Virus genome (UHGV): UHGV-2111131
Strand: one strand, 5' to 3'
From: a virus
DNA: 64,000 bases
Part shown: positions 10,684 through 20,255 of the stretch, in pieces
Numbering within the stretch: the stretch's first letter is position 1
How the letters are laid out: every line of letters starts with the position of its first letter
Notes under the pieces: generated by a model
Database searches by the model: none
Told to the model about the DNA's origin: nothing
What the model saw: the letters and a program-made list of their open reading frames with translations, nothing else
Program-made: the position numbers and the translations under genes

Positions 10684-11565
10684 TCAGCGTCCTGAATCGG
10701 TATACCCCCATACAAAACCAGGTTGGACACTAAGGTCTGATAGCTTTTCAATCCCCACCTGTGGAATGAAGTCGGTAGCCCGAAAGGGCACCCACAGACG
10801 GGTATATGCACCCTCTGTGGACTCCTTTTTATCCTGATTTGGGCATTTATGCGGCGGGAGACGAAGACGCATTTCACCTTTATCGATGTAGCACGGTAAA
10901 CCATGTTCGAGCTTTTCATGAGCCAGTCGGATGTGTGCCGCCAGCTTCATAAATTCAGTATCAATGGCCATCCGTTTAATCGTTTCATAACGACGCTCAG
11001 CCTGATCTTCACGAGTACCGCTAACATCGTTATAAAGCTCACACTGATAAGCGAATTCCCAAAAACGCAAATCAACGATCGCTTCTTTGAATTCCGCGTC
11101 GTCTTCAGGTGGCAATGCTGCACGGCGCATCTCCAGCATTTCCATTGCCCAACCATCAAGCGGCACGATACGCCATTGATAAGGTACTCCCTCTACAGAC
11201 ACCTCAATATCGTCAATGAAAGGTTCCACTTCCAGGACCTGGATATCTTCAGCCAGAGCATTCATATCGCAATCGTAATAATGCTCTTTACCGCAATGTT
11301 TACAGGTGTAGGTGAATGTCTCGACCGGTGTTTCACGGGAGCCGGTAAATATCCACCATAACGCGGTAATCCGGTCCTGCGCCGTCCATGTCAGGGGATC
11401 ATGTTTCGCGGGTTCAGCCAGCAAGGCTTTTAAATACGCCGTTGTCTGTTGTTCTTGTTCCTCCGGTGTTATCGAGTTGAAACGCATCGCATCAGCAATA
11501 TTTGGCTGACGGAACTGGATCAATTCAGTTGGCCGCGATGGTAGCGGGAAAAGAGGTAAAAGCAT
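10684..11565 (-). CDS. Morphogenetic protein (position of P1 PmgB)
   Basis: 293-aa ORF with several Cys/His pairs (CKHCGKEHYYDC). Confidence 0.6.
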   Translation of the reverse strand: MLLPLFPLPSRPTELIQFRQPNIADAMRFNSITPEEQEQQTTAYLKALLAEPAKHDPLTWTAQDRITALWWIFTGSRETPVETFTYTCKHCGKEHYYDCDMNALAEDIQVLEVEPFIDDIEVSVEGVPYQWRIVPLDGWAMEMLEMRRAALPPEDDAEFKEAIVDLRFWEFAYQCELYNDVSGTREDQAERRYETIKRMAIDTEFMKLAAHIRLAHEKLEHGLPCYIDKGEMRLRLPPHKCPNQDKKESTEGAYTRLWVPFRATDFIPQVGIEKLSDLSVQPGFVWGYTDSGR

Positions 11566-11579
11566 CCTTGCTCCTTAAT

Positions 11580-12191
11580 TCAAAGAGAAAAGCTAAAGCC
11601 CAGAAGGGAAGCCAAAGAACTTGAGGATTGGTTAAACGTGCTGTGCAATGCGAAGGTCATTGGGAATGACTTAAACTCAGTAACCTGATCTCGCGCATAG
11701 GTGACATCGCCGGTAGTGACCGGGAATACCGTCATCTCATTTTCCAGTTTGGTTAAGCCGGAAGACAGCAACCGATAAATACGCACATTGAGCAAATATT
11801 TAGACGGTATATTCCCGGTACCGTCCGGATTGATCACCCGACTTTTTGCCGTCTTAAACCAGTCCAAAACGAGGCCATCAACGGTATCCCTGACCATCAT
11901 TGTTATCTGCCCAGGCGAACGCTCCGTTGGTTGAAGGATATTCCCTCCGCCGATTTTAATCGTTTCATATTCGATGCTGTAATCGTGGTAGGTAATATCT
12001 TTGGCAAAGAAGTCTGCCCCCTCCAGTCCATCAACTTCGACAGAGAACTGCCATCCTTGCGCGAACAGCATTTTGTTCATGATGATTGACGTCAGCTTAC
12101 CAACTTCCCGCTCACCAACGCCGGAGCCAAATAATGTCGTCGTTAATGCCGAAGATACATAAGACTTTACTGAAGCAACATTAAGCCCCAT
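11580..12191 (-). CDS. Putative tail tube protein (position and size of P1 Tub)
   Basis: 203-aa ORF; assignment by synteny and size only. Confidence 0.5.
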   Translation of the reverse strand: MGLNVASVKSYVSSALTTTLFGSGVGEREVGKLTSIIMNKMLFAQGWQFSVEVDGLEGADFFAKDITYHDYSIEYETIKIGGGNILQPTERSPGQITMMVRDTVDGLVLDWFKTAKSRVINPDGTGNIPSKYLLNVRIYRLLSSGLTKLENEMTVFPVTTGDVTYARDQVTEFKSFPMTFALHSTFNQSSSSLASLLGFSFSL

Positions 12192-12201
12192 ATCAGCCTC
12201 C

Positions 12202-12792
<591 letters not shown>

Positions 12793-12810
12793 TTAACCGA
12801 TTCTACGAGT

Positions 12811-12824
12811 AGTCATTTGTGACA
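12811..12824. promoter_or_regulatory. Possible late-promoter element AGTCATTTGTGACA upstream of pmgC-like operon
   Basis: Same motif family as 4144, 23673, 44065; an 11-bp inverted repeat lies next to it at 12775-12809. Confidence 0.3.
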
Positions 12825-12826
12825 GG

Positions 12827-13303
12827 TCATTTTGCGCGCTTCAGGCAGCCATCTTCAGGTGCCGCGTTGAAAAGCTCTGCGGCCTTACGTAGCGTAAATG
12901 TTGCGATTTTTTTTCCGTCTACGTATGCATCGAATGTTTTAACTTCCATATCAGGGGTATCTGACCAAAAACCATACCAGTAACTATCACCCACAGAGGA
13001 ACCGATAGAACTGATAGGATATTCATCATCACCAACTTTCAGCGTTATTTGTTCTTTTTTAGCATCAAATGACTCACCGCCAGGTTCTGTTTTCATGAGA
13101 GTGAGTAGTCGTGTTCCTACTTGATTGGGATCCGTATTATTAAATCCAACATCGCACTCAAATGTAAGCGTATAATTATCTTTGCTGGAAACAGCATAAG
13201 AACGAACACCATGAGTCTCGCCGGTTGACCATTTGCTTACATTTGCCATTGACGAAAAAGGAGTAAGCAAAGCAAGAATTAGAAAAAATCGTTTGATGCG
13301 CAT
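12827..13303 (-). CDS. Secreted protein with signal peptide (sim region)
   Basis: ATG at 13303 preceded by AAGGAG; N-terminus MRIKRFFLILALLTPFSSMA; track ORF extends to a TTG at 13330. Confidence 0.5.
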   Translation of the reverse strand: MRIKRFFLILALLTPFSSMANVSKWSTGETHGVRSYAVSSKDNYTLTFECDVGFNNTDPNQVGTRLLTLMKTEPGGESFDAKKEQITLKVGDDEYPISSIGSSVGDSYWYGFWSDTPDMEVKTFDAYVDGKKIATFTLRKAAELFNAAPEDGCLKRAK

Positions 13304-13367
13304 TAATTTATCTCCTTTGGATATTAACAATTATTATCAATATTTTAATTAATTACCCATCATATAT

Positions 13368-14015
13368 TTACCATTCATAGGGTAAATTAAGCGCTTTTAA
13401 ACCTTGCTGGAAGGTATTAAGTGAGCCGTTCTTTTGTTGTTCCATTTTTTCGCGTGCCGCTTTCTCATACTGCTCCATCCGTTGGTTATACTCTTGCAAT
13501 TCTTCTGGAGAGAGGTTTCCCATTGGGGAGTTTGTACCCGGCCCCCTGGCCCGCTCTTCAAGCGTACCCTGAACGTTTTGATGGCGCATTCCTGGGGCAT
13601 TTCTGATTGAGTCAATGCCATTTCTTCCAACATCTTCTTTATTAACGGCATTGCTCGCCACCAGCACCCCCCAGCTAGGGATAGCAAAATCAGGAGCGGT
13701 TTCGCATGCCTTTACCATATAATCGAAAGAGCTTCGATTGATCTCGTTTGCGTCGGGATTTAATAGGCGAGAATATTGATATTTAGCATTTTCGTTGGTT
13801 GCGACTTTATACAGTTCTTGCTGCACCATCGCTTCAGAAAGTTTAAGGCGTTTCATATCTGACAGTAACTTCTTGCGCATGGATTCGTCTTGACTGACAG
13901 CAAAGCCGTAAACGTGCCCAAGGTATTTCGTATAATCGGTACAAATCTCCTTTACGCTTGATGCTGCATTAACAGTCCCAGCCATAAATAATAACGGTAG
14001 TAATAGTTTTCTCAT
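13368..14015 (-). CDS. SimC-like secreted protein (candidate superinfection exclusion)
   Basis: Second ATG (14015) has GGTGAGG RBS; signal peptide MRKLLLPLLFMAGTVNA; C-terminal motif GMRHQNVQGTLEERARGPGT also present in Sit. Confidence 0.5.
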   Translation of the reverse strand: MRKLLLPLLFMAGTVNAASSVKEICTDYTKYLGHVYGFAVSQDESMRKKLLSDMKRLKLSEAMVQQELYKVATNENAKYQYSRLLNPDANEINRSSFDYMVKACETAPDFAIPSWGVLVASNAVNKEDVGRNGIDSIRNAPGMRHQNVQGTLEERARGPGTNSPMGNLSPEELQEYNQRMEQYEKAAREKMEQQKNGSLNTFQQGLKALNLPYEW

Positions 14016-14111
14016 TATAACCTCACCTGCCTTATAACTCATTTAGGGTACATATTTTCGCCTTTAAAAAAAAGAGGTTATTAGATCCAATTGTGTATTT
14101 ATTAAGCATGC

Positions 14112-14128
14112 AATGCTCTAATAAATTT
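14112..14128 (+). promoter_or_regulatory. C1 repressor operator (AATGCTCTAATAAATTT) at the immI promoter
   Basis: 16/17 match to P1 C1 operator consensus ATTGCTCTAATAAATTT. Confidence 0.6.
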
Positions 14129-14299
14129 GTATTTTTAAGTCGCGAATGCTATCTTTTCGCATCATATTGACCTTTTAATCGTTCAGGCTTATAGTTCCGC
14201 CGTCGTAGCAAATTCTGCGACCGGGTTTAGCAGCCTGAATGATTGTGCGGACAGCCGCAGATATCCGATATTGCGGTATTTTTGTGTCCGTAAAACCGC

Positions 14300-14372
14300 G
14301 TTACGCCCAAATTATGGTGGGGCGTGATGGGGAGGCTTCGGCCTGCTGGTTTCACAATCGCCAGTCTGCTAA
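14300..14372 (+). ncRNA. c4: c4-like antisense RNA of immI (approximate bounds)
   Basis: TCACAATC (14352-14359) complements GATTGTGA overlapping the icd RBS (14425-14432); CGTGATGGGG (14323-14332) complements CCCCGTCACG (14373-14382) with one G-U. Confidence 0.4.
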
Positions 14373-14442
14373 CCCCGTCACGTCCTGCCACCTGTTTAGC
14401 AGCGGGTAGCAGGTTGTTAAACCTGATTGTGAGGCCGTAACT

Positions 14443-14664
14443 ATGGTTAATGCCAATCCTTGCGCACGCCCAGAATTCATCTGGCGTTTCTATTCCTGTA
14501 AAAAACACCACTATCACTTCGTTATCGCAGCAACTGAAGACGAAGCACGCTCTCAATTGCCTGATGGTCCCTGCATTTTTACTGCCCGTTTTTCTACTAA
14601 CTCGCGCAATTCACTTAGTTACTGGAACCTCCCCTTCTCTGCTGACGTTCAGGGGGTTTTATGA
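14443..14664 (+). CDS. icd: Icd-like small protein (cell division interference), coupled to ant
   Basis: 73-aa ORF whose stop overlaps the ant start (ATGA). Confidence 0.65.
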   Translation: MVNANPCARPEFIWRFYSCKKHHYHFVIAATEDEARSQLPDGPCIFTARFSTNSRNSLSYWNLPFSADVQGVL

Positions 14665-15704
14665 AAAAACCTCTCGTCACCCGTAATGAAATAGCCGAAG
14701 CGATCGCCCTGCATACTGCCTGTATGCCGACACGGGAGATCCCCGGCGCAATTGCCAACTATTTCATGATAACCAGGCGTTTTTATACCCGAACAGATAA
14801 GGCTGTGATCAACAGGCTACTGATAGCCGAGATCAGGGATTATTTGATTGAACAAGGACGTCTACGTTACGCAACGGTGGCAGCAGAAATGAGAAAGGAG
14901 GCACATAGAATGACCAGTAATAATTTGAATGTTAAAAAACCAGCACCTGTTGCTTCAGCAACGTCAGCACCAGCCGTGAATGTCATCCCCACCACCGGAG
15001 ACACAATCGACAGCCTGACACTGTTAAAGATGGTCAATGAAGCGCGTAAGTTATGTGGGGAACCAGAGGTTCGGAACAACAAATTCATCGAAAAAATACT
15101 CGACGAATTAGAAGGTGAGGACGGTTACACAAAAAGTGCAACCGTGCCGCCAGGTGGCGGTACGCCTATGGTTGTCATAACCATGACCTACAAACAAGCC
15201 CTGCGAGTCGCCGCGCGCGAATCGAAAGCGGTCCGCCGTTCGCTGATCGACAAACTGGAAGAATTGCAGCAGGCAAACTCACCTACCCCATCGATCCCCC
15301 AAACATTACCAGAAGCTCTACGCCTGGCTGCCGAGTTGGCAGAACAGAAAATGCAGTTGGAACAACAGCTGGTGGCCGCAGCCCCTAAAGTCGATTTTGC
15401 CGACCGGGTATCAGCGGCTAATGGAATCCTGATCGGGAACTTTGCAAAGGTCGTTGGACTTAAGCAAAACGCCCTTTTCTCATGGTTGCGCCAGAACGGC
15501 ATTCTCATGGCTTTTGGTGCGCGCAAAAACGTACCGCGCCAGCAGTACATCAACGCCGGATATTTCACGGTGAAAGAAGTGGTGCTGGATGATGAAAATG
15601 GCTACCAGATACGGCTGACGCCCCAATTAACGGGTAAAGGCCAGCAGTGGTTAACTCGCAAGCTACTTGATGCTGGTTTGTTAAAACCAGTAGCAATAGG
15701 TTAA
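14661..15704 (+). CDS. ant: Antirepressor Ant
   Basis: 347 aa; C-terminal ~140 aa (IPQTLPEALRLAAELAEQK...GKGQQWLTRKLLDAGLL) shared with KilA downstream. Confidence 0.8.
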   Translation: MKKPLVTRNEIAEAIALHTACMPTREIPGAIANYFMITRRFYTRTDKAVINRLLIAEIRDYLIEQGRLRYATVAAEMRKEAHRMTSNNLNVKKPAPVASATSAPAVNVIPTTGDTIDSLTLLKMVNEARKLCGEPEVRNNKFIEKILDELEGEDGYTKSATVPPGGGTPMVVITMTYKQALRVAARESKAVRRSLIDKLEELQQANSPTPSIPQTLPEALRLAAELAEQKMQLEQQLVAAAPKVDFADRVSAANGILIGNFAKVVGLKQNALFSWLRQNGILMAFGARKNVPRQQYINAGYFTVKEVVLDDENGYQIRLTPQLTGKGQQWLTRKLLDAGLLKPVAIG

Positions 15705-15781
15705 CAAAAGAAAAAACCTGCCAGCAAACTGGCAGGTTTCTGAGCAGATCGACCAACCCGATCTGGATCGGGCCAGAAAAA

Positions 15782-15798
15782 TTTGCTCTAATAAATTT
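15782..15798 (+). promoter_or_regulatory. C1 operator (TTTGCTCTAATAAATTT) upstream of kilA-repL
   Basis: 16/17 consensus match, 70 nt upstream of kilA. Confidence 0.6.
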
Positions 15799-15867
15799 CG
15801 TTTTCTAAGTGCAAAGAATCACCATTTCGAGCTGGTGATTGAAGGTTGATGCAAATTTGGAGAAAAA

Positions 15868-16668
15868 ATGCAACAAACATTCAATGCGGATATGAATATA
15901 TCAAACCTTCATCAAAATGTCGATCCTTCAACCACTCTGCCTGTTATTTGTGGTGTTGAAATTACGACCGACCGCGCTGGCCGTTACAACCTTAATGCTC
16001 TACACAGAGCGAGCGGACTCGGTGCCCATAAAGCGCCAGCTCAATGGCTAAGAACGCTGTCAGCCAAACAGCTCATCGAAGAGCTTGAAAAAGAAACTAT
16101 GCAGAATTGCATAGTTTCTTTCGAAGGCCGTGGCGGCGGCACTTTTGCCCATGAATTGCTCGCTGTGGAGTACGCAGGCTGGATTTCTCCCGCGTTTCGG
16201 CTGAAGGTAAACCAGACATTTATCGACTATCGAGCCGGAAGATTACAACCTGCTATTCCGCAGAGTCTCCCTGAAGCTCTCCGTTTGGCTGCCGACCTGG
16301 CAGAGCAAAAGCAACGGCTGGAGCAAAAAATGCTTATGGATGCACCTAAAGTCGAATTCGCCGAACGCGTTGCTACCGCCAGCGGAGTTCTAATCGGCAA
16401 CTATGCCAAAGTGCTCGGCCTGGGCCAAAACTATCTCTTCACCTGGTTGCGTGATAACGGAATTCTGATCGCAACCGGTGAACGCAGGAACGTCCCCAAA
16501 CAAGAATACATATCCCGTGGGTATTTCACCCTTAAAGAAACCGTGATCGATACAAGCAATGGAAGCAGGATTTCTTTCACGACTCGTATAACCGGCAAAG
16601 GTCAGCAGTGGCTGATGAAGCGATTGCTTGATGCTGGTGTGCTGGTACCTGTCGCGGCAACGCGCTAA
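15868..16668 (+). CDS. kilA: KilA-like protein (KilA-N domain plus antirepressor C-terminal domain)
   Basis: 266 aa, matching P1 KilA length; C-terminus paralogous to Ant. Confidence 0.75.
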   Translation: MQQTFNADMNISNLHQNVDPSTTLPVICGVEITTDRAGRYNLNALHRASGLGAHKAPAQWLRTLSAKQLIEELEKETMQNCIVSFEGRGGGTFAHELLAVEYAGWISPAFRLKVNQTFIDYRAGRLQPAIPQSLPEALRLAADLAEQKQRLEQKMLMDAPKVEFAERVATASGVLIGNYAKVLGLGQNYLFTWLRDNGILIATGERRNVPKQEYISRGYFTLKETVIDTSNGSRISFTTRITGKGQQWLMKRLLDAGVLVPVAATR

Positions 16669-16697
16669 CAGACGTAGTAAGAACCACCAGCATTGTA

Positions 16698-17543
16698 ATG
16701 CTGGCTAAAGTCACTTTCCTGAGCTGTATAACGATGAGCGATTTTACTTTTTCTGGCTATGAATTGGCCTGCTTTGTAACACACTCCGGTCTATCCCGTA
16801 GCGCCGGGCATATCCTGTCGCAATGTGCAAATCTCGCGGCAACAACTAGTGAATACTTCATTCACAAGCCTCACCGCCTGATCGCGGCAGAAACTGGTTA
16901 TAGCCAATCAACCGTCGTTCGTGCATTCCGTGAAGCTGTAAACAAAGGAATTCTGTCTGTAGAGATTGTTATCGGCGATCACCGTGAACGTCGCGCTAAC
17001 CTGTACCGGTTTACACCATCCTTTTTGGCCTTCGCACAACAAGCCAAAAATGCGCTGATTGAAAGCAAATTAAAGATCTCTTCAGCGGCAACCAAGGTTA
17101 AAGCTGTTCTCGCTAAGACATTGGCTTTATTTAATTTTTTATCCACACCCCCATGTCAAAATGATACCCCCTCCCCCTGTCAGGATGACGTGGCAATAAA
17201 GAATAAGAAGTCACAAGTTAAAAAAATAAAAAGATCAGTTTCCGGCGGTGCCGGAACGACCAGACTCAAAAAATTGACTTCATGGATCGCTGAGGCAAAA
17301 GCAAAGGCTGACAATCTGCGGTTATCCAAAAAACGCGCTCAAAAACATGAGTTCAAGCAGAAAGTAGAGGCGGCAGCGCGGAAATATGCTTACCTGAAGG
17401 ACAAGCGTTCTCCTGATATTGGCGGGATATCAAACTTCGATAATCTGCCGCATTGCATGACGGTAAACGAAGCTCTTAATGCGGTTTTAGCCAAAAATAA
17501 AGATAACGAACAATGGGGTATACCGGCAGGATTCAGAGGGTGA
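16698..17543 (+). CDS. repL: RepL lytic replication initiator
   Basis: 281 aa, matching P1 RepL length and position after kilA. Confidence 0.75.
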   Translation: MLAKVTFLSCITMSDFTFSGYELACFVTHSGLSRSAGHILSQCANLAATTSEYFIHKPHRLIAAETGYSQSTVVRAFREAVNKGILSVEIVIGDHRERRANLYRFTPSFLAFAQQAKNALIESKLKISSAATKVKAVLAKTLALFNFLSTPPCQNDTPSPCQDDVAIKNKKSQVKKIKRSVSGGAGTTRLKKLTSWIAEAKAKADNLRLSKKRAQKHEFKQKVEAAARKYAYLKDKRSPDIGGISNFDNLPHCMTVNEALNAVLAKNKDNEQWGIPAGFRG

Positions 17544-17593
17544 TAGATTGCTCTAATCTGGAGTCACCTGGCGTTTTCAGTTTGAGGTCGGAG

Positions 17594-17839
17594 ATGCAAT
17601 CTGATTTTTTACAGTTAGCGATCGCTTTTGCAGGATATGTTTGTATTGGCTTCTGTGTATACATGATCAGCCGAAAAATGCTTGTCGATATCGACCGCAA
17701 AGAACGAGCAGAGGAGATCTTAGTATGGATTTTCTTTGGCGCGGTCTGGCCATTAGGGATCATGTTTGCTGCAACATTTCTTCTGATGTGGATATTCACC
17801 CTTCCAGGTGATTTCTATAGAAAAAAAGCCAGACATTGA
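17594..17839 (+). CDS. Small membrane protein
   Basis: ATG at 17594 with GAGG RBS; two hydrophobic helices; track ORF starts earlier at an alternative codon. Confidence 0.4.
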   Translation: MQSDFLQLAIAFAGYVCIGFCVYMISRKMLVDIDRKERAEEILVWIFFGAVWPLGIMFAATFLLMWIFTLPGDFYRKKARH

Positions 17840-17899
17840 TACAATCGTTGCGGGTGCTTGAGGCTATCTGCTTCAGGCATTACCCGAAAAGCAGATAGA

Positions 17900-18020
17900 A
17901 GAAAGCCCCAGATAACATTACGCGTCCTGCAAGACGCTTAACATTAATCTGAGGCCATATCTATGCTTAGCATACGTAGATTAGCCTCTTACCGACCAAA
18001 AGGTCAAGGAGAAGCAGGCT
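17900..18020 (-). ncRNA. Expected position of a Sok-like antisense RNA (not delimited)
   Basis: Inference from hok/mok architecture only; no promoter or terminator identified. Confidence 0.2.
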
Positions 18021-18169
18021 ATGAAGCAGCAAAAAGCGATGTTAATCGCTCTGATCGTCATCTGTTTAACCGTCATTGTGACGGCACTGGTAACGAGGAA
18101 AGACCTCTGCGAGGTACGAATCCGAACCGGCCAGACGGAGGTCACTGTCTTCACAGCCTACGAATCTGA
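17963..18169 (+). CDS. mok-like overlapping reading frame
   Basis: 68-aa ORF, out of frame with and almost fully overlapping the hok-like ORF. Confidence 0.4.
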   Translation: MLSIRRLASYRPKGQGEAGYEAAKSDVNRSDRHLFNRHCDGTGNEERPLRGTNPNRPDGGHCLHSLRI

Positions 18170-18176
18170 AAGGTAA
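18021..18176 (+). CDS. hok: Hok/Gef-family type I toxin (51 aa)
   Basis: MKQQKAMLIALIVICLTVIVTALVTRKDLCEVRIRTGQTEVTVFTAYESER; GGAGA RBS; full-length similarity to Hok; below ORF-track size cutoff. Confidence 0.8.
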   Translation: MKQQKAMLIALIVICLTVIVTALVTRKDLCEVRIRTGQTEVTVFTAYESER

Positions 18177-18249
18177 GAGACCTGGCGGGGAGAGATCCTC
18201 GCCACTCTTCGTGTGTCAGGTATCCTCAATGCACCCTTTCCTCTCCAAA

Positions 18250-18277
18250 TAAAAAAGCTCCCGAAGGAGCTTTAAAA
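18250..18277 (-). terminator. Intrinsic terminator (bidirectional hairpin) ending the minus-strand late operon
   Basis: AAGCTCC-cgaa-GGAGCTT stem followed by T-run on the minus strand; A/T-flanked on both sides. Confidence 0.5.
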
Positions 18278-18292
18278 TACAAGGGATGACTC

Positions 18293-18802
18293 TTAATCCC
18301 ACTCAATCCAGTTGTAGACGATACGAAGTGACGGGCGCACAGCGGCAGTCACATCTTCGGTACTAAAGTCGATTGCATCACTGTAGATTTTGCAGTCCAA
18401 CATTTCAATTGTTGTAGCAGCTTTTGTCACAGCGTTAACCCCGGAAGATTTGGATTCAGGGGTAGCAGCCATCGTGATATCAACATAGTCCTTCGCCGCA
18501 ATGCGATCCTTGATGAACTGAAGAATATCGCCTTCGATAGTCTCCACGCACTGGACCTGGATTTCCCCAGAGTTTCGAATTGGTCCGTGCTGGTTGAACT
18601 TCACACCATTCGGACCATAGTCCTCCACATCCTCGCGGGTCATTTCAGGAATTTGCGACGTGCGAACCAGTACGCTGATATCTTCATGGCCTGCAAAAGT
18701 GAGCTGGAATTCAGAAGATACCAGTCGTTCGCCTTTGGCCGCGTTGGCAGTATAGCGGCCCTTAATAAATTTACGGTTTCCCTTAGTGTTATTGTGCCCC
18801 AT
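18293..18802 (-). CDS. Virion structural protein (tail-tube-like)
   Basis: 169-aa ORF in late operon. Confidence 0.55.
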   Translation of the reverse strand: MGHNNTKGNRKFIKGRYTANAAKGERLVSSEFQLTFAGHEDISVLVRTSQIPEMTREDVEDYGPNGVKFNQHGPIRNSGEIQVQCVETIEGDILQFIKDRIAAKDYVDITMAATPESKSSGVNAVTKAATTIEMLDCKIYSDAIDFSTEDVTAAVRPSLRIVYNWIEWD

Positions 18803-18813
18803 ATAAAATCCTT

Positions 18814-19395
18814 TTACTGGAACGCCCGAACAATATCGGAGCTGTTATATATCGAAGAACCGGTCAACTGGAGGTTGACGGTGTTTTTCAGGAAATGCCC
18901 ATTGCTGTCCCTGGGCGCATCGAGATCGAAACTTATGTCCTGGATAGCGACATCAATGATGTTGATCCGGCGACCAATGTTTAGCGTCACGCGCTCCGGG
19001 ATTCGACCACCAATACTGGCATCTTTAAGTTCCGGGCTAATCATCGCTGACAATGCGGCGATAGCTCCTGAAACCTCCGTGAATGGGTCAAACAAAGCGA
19101 TGAAAGTTACTGGCAGCGTGAAAGTCGGCGGTGTTCCCCCTTCCCAAACCATTAAGCTGTTCCAACGGGCAACCGACGTTGTTTCAGTACCAACCTGCGC
19201 AAAACCACTGAAGGCACCAGCAACAGATCCCATGGACATACCGGTAAACGGCGCTTCCCAATTCTGGGCCATGTTCATTGCTGCCCCCTGGCTGATATAT
19301 CCGGTAACCTGGTACTGAGAGTTCGTTAAAGTAACTTTCAGAAATGGCGATACACCGTCAGCCTGACTGTAAACCCCATAAGGTATAGGTGCCAT
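18814..19395 (-). CDS. Virion structural protein
   Basis: 193-aa ORF in late operon. Confidence 0.55.
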   Translation of the reverse strand: MAPIPYGVYSQADGVSPFLKVTLTNSQYQVTGYISQGAAMNMAQNWEAPFTGMSMGSVAGAFSGFAQVGTETTSVARWNSLMVWEGGTPPTFTLPVTFIALFDPFTEVSGAIAALSAMISPELKDASIGGRIPERVTLNIGRRINIIDVAIQDISFDLDAPRDSNGHFLKNTVNLQLTGSSIYNSSDIVRAFQ

Positions 19396-19430
19396 TCAAG
19401 TTAAAGGCCGGAGTTCTCCGGCCTCCTCCT

Positions 19431-20246
19431 TTAGCCAAGGCGCTTACGGCGCAGTTTCATTGACTTTTTGCGGGCAAGTTTTGCCGCGCCGGTCTGGGCT
19501 TTTCGACGCGCTTTTTTCAGCGCCGATTTTTGAGCCGCAGTCAGACGTTTTTTACGCAGGCGTTTACGGATGAGTTTGATCTCACCGTTACGAACAACCT
19601 TCTTAAATGCTTCAGTCAGCATTTCATCAGAAGTGCCAGCAACAACAAACGCCGCTTCCAGTTCATCACGGTCGTCGCTATCTAAACCAGCGATAGAGGC
19701 ACCAACATCAGCAGCAGCGTCGTCATCTTCATCGTCAGCCAGTGCTTCGATCAGGTCATCATCTACACCGCATGCTGCGAGGAAGTCAGCAACATTTGCC
19801 CATGCTTCGTTATAGGCATCGTCCTGTTCTTCTGTAACTTCGGAGTCGTCGTCATCAGAGATACCAGCGATAGCCTGAACGAAACCATCAAGGGAGTCGA
19901 AAGTCAGATCACCGCTATCAGCCCAGGAGAAAACGGCGTCGGCCGCATCACTCAACGCATTCTGCATAGCACTTCGATTTGCAGCTTCCAGAATCATCTG
20001 GTGCGCCTGTTCGACGGTCCATTCTTTACCATCTTTCCCTTCCAGGATTTGCTCAGGAGCCGGATCAGATGGAACGTTATCGTTAGTCTGTGCCGCCGGT
20101 TCCGGATTATTATTAATAACCGGATCTGTTGGCGGTTCGGCACTTGCTCGGGCAGACTCCATCAGCTGCACAGGATCAGAGTTCAAAGCGAAACGGGACA
20201 GTCCATTCCCCAAAAATGCCCCGGATTGAAAAAAGTTTTTGCTCAT
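19431..20246 (-). CDS. Acidic structural/assembly protein with basic C-terminal tail
   Basis: 271 aa; Asp/Glu-rich core, Lys/Arg-rich last 50 aa. Confidence 0.55.
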   Translation of the reverse strand: MSKNFFQSGAFLGNGLSRFALNSDPVQLMESARASAEPPTDPVINNNPEPAAQTNDNVPSDPAPEQILEGKDGKEWTVEQAHQMILEAANRSAMQNALSDAADAVFSWADSGDLTFDSLDGFVQAIAGISDDDDSEVTEEQDDAYNEAWANVADFLAACGVDDDLIEALADDEDDDAAADVGASIAGLDSDDRDELEAAFVVAGTSDEMLTEAFKKVVRNGEIKLIRKRLRKKRLTAAQKSALKKARRKAQTGAAKLARKKSMKLRRKRLG

Positions 20247-20255
20247 TGTATTCCC

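Noticed and set aside
10614-10919. 101-aa minus-strand ORF overlapping the 3' end of the pmgB-like gene
   Set aside because: Out-of-frame overlap with a better-supported gene; no RBS; likely spurious.
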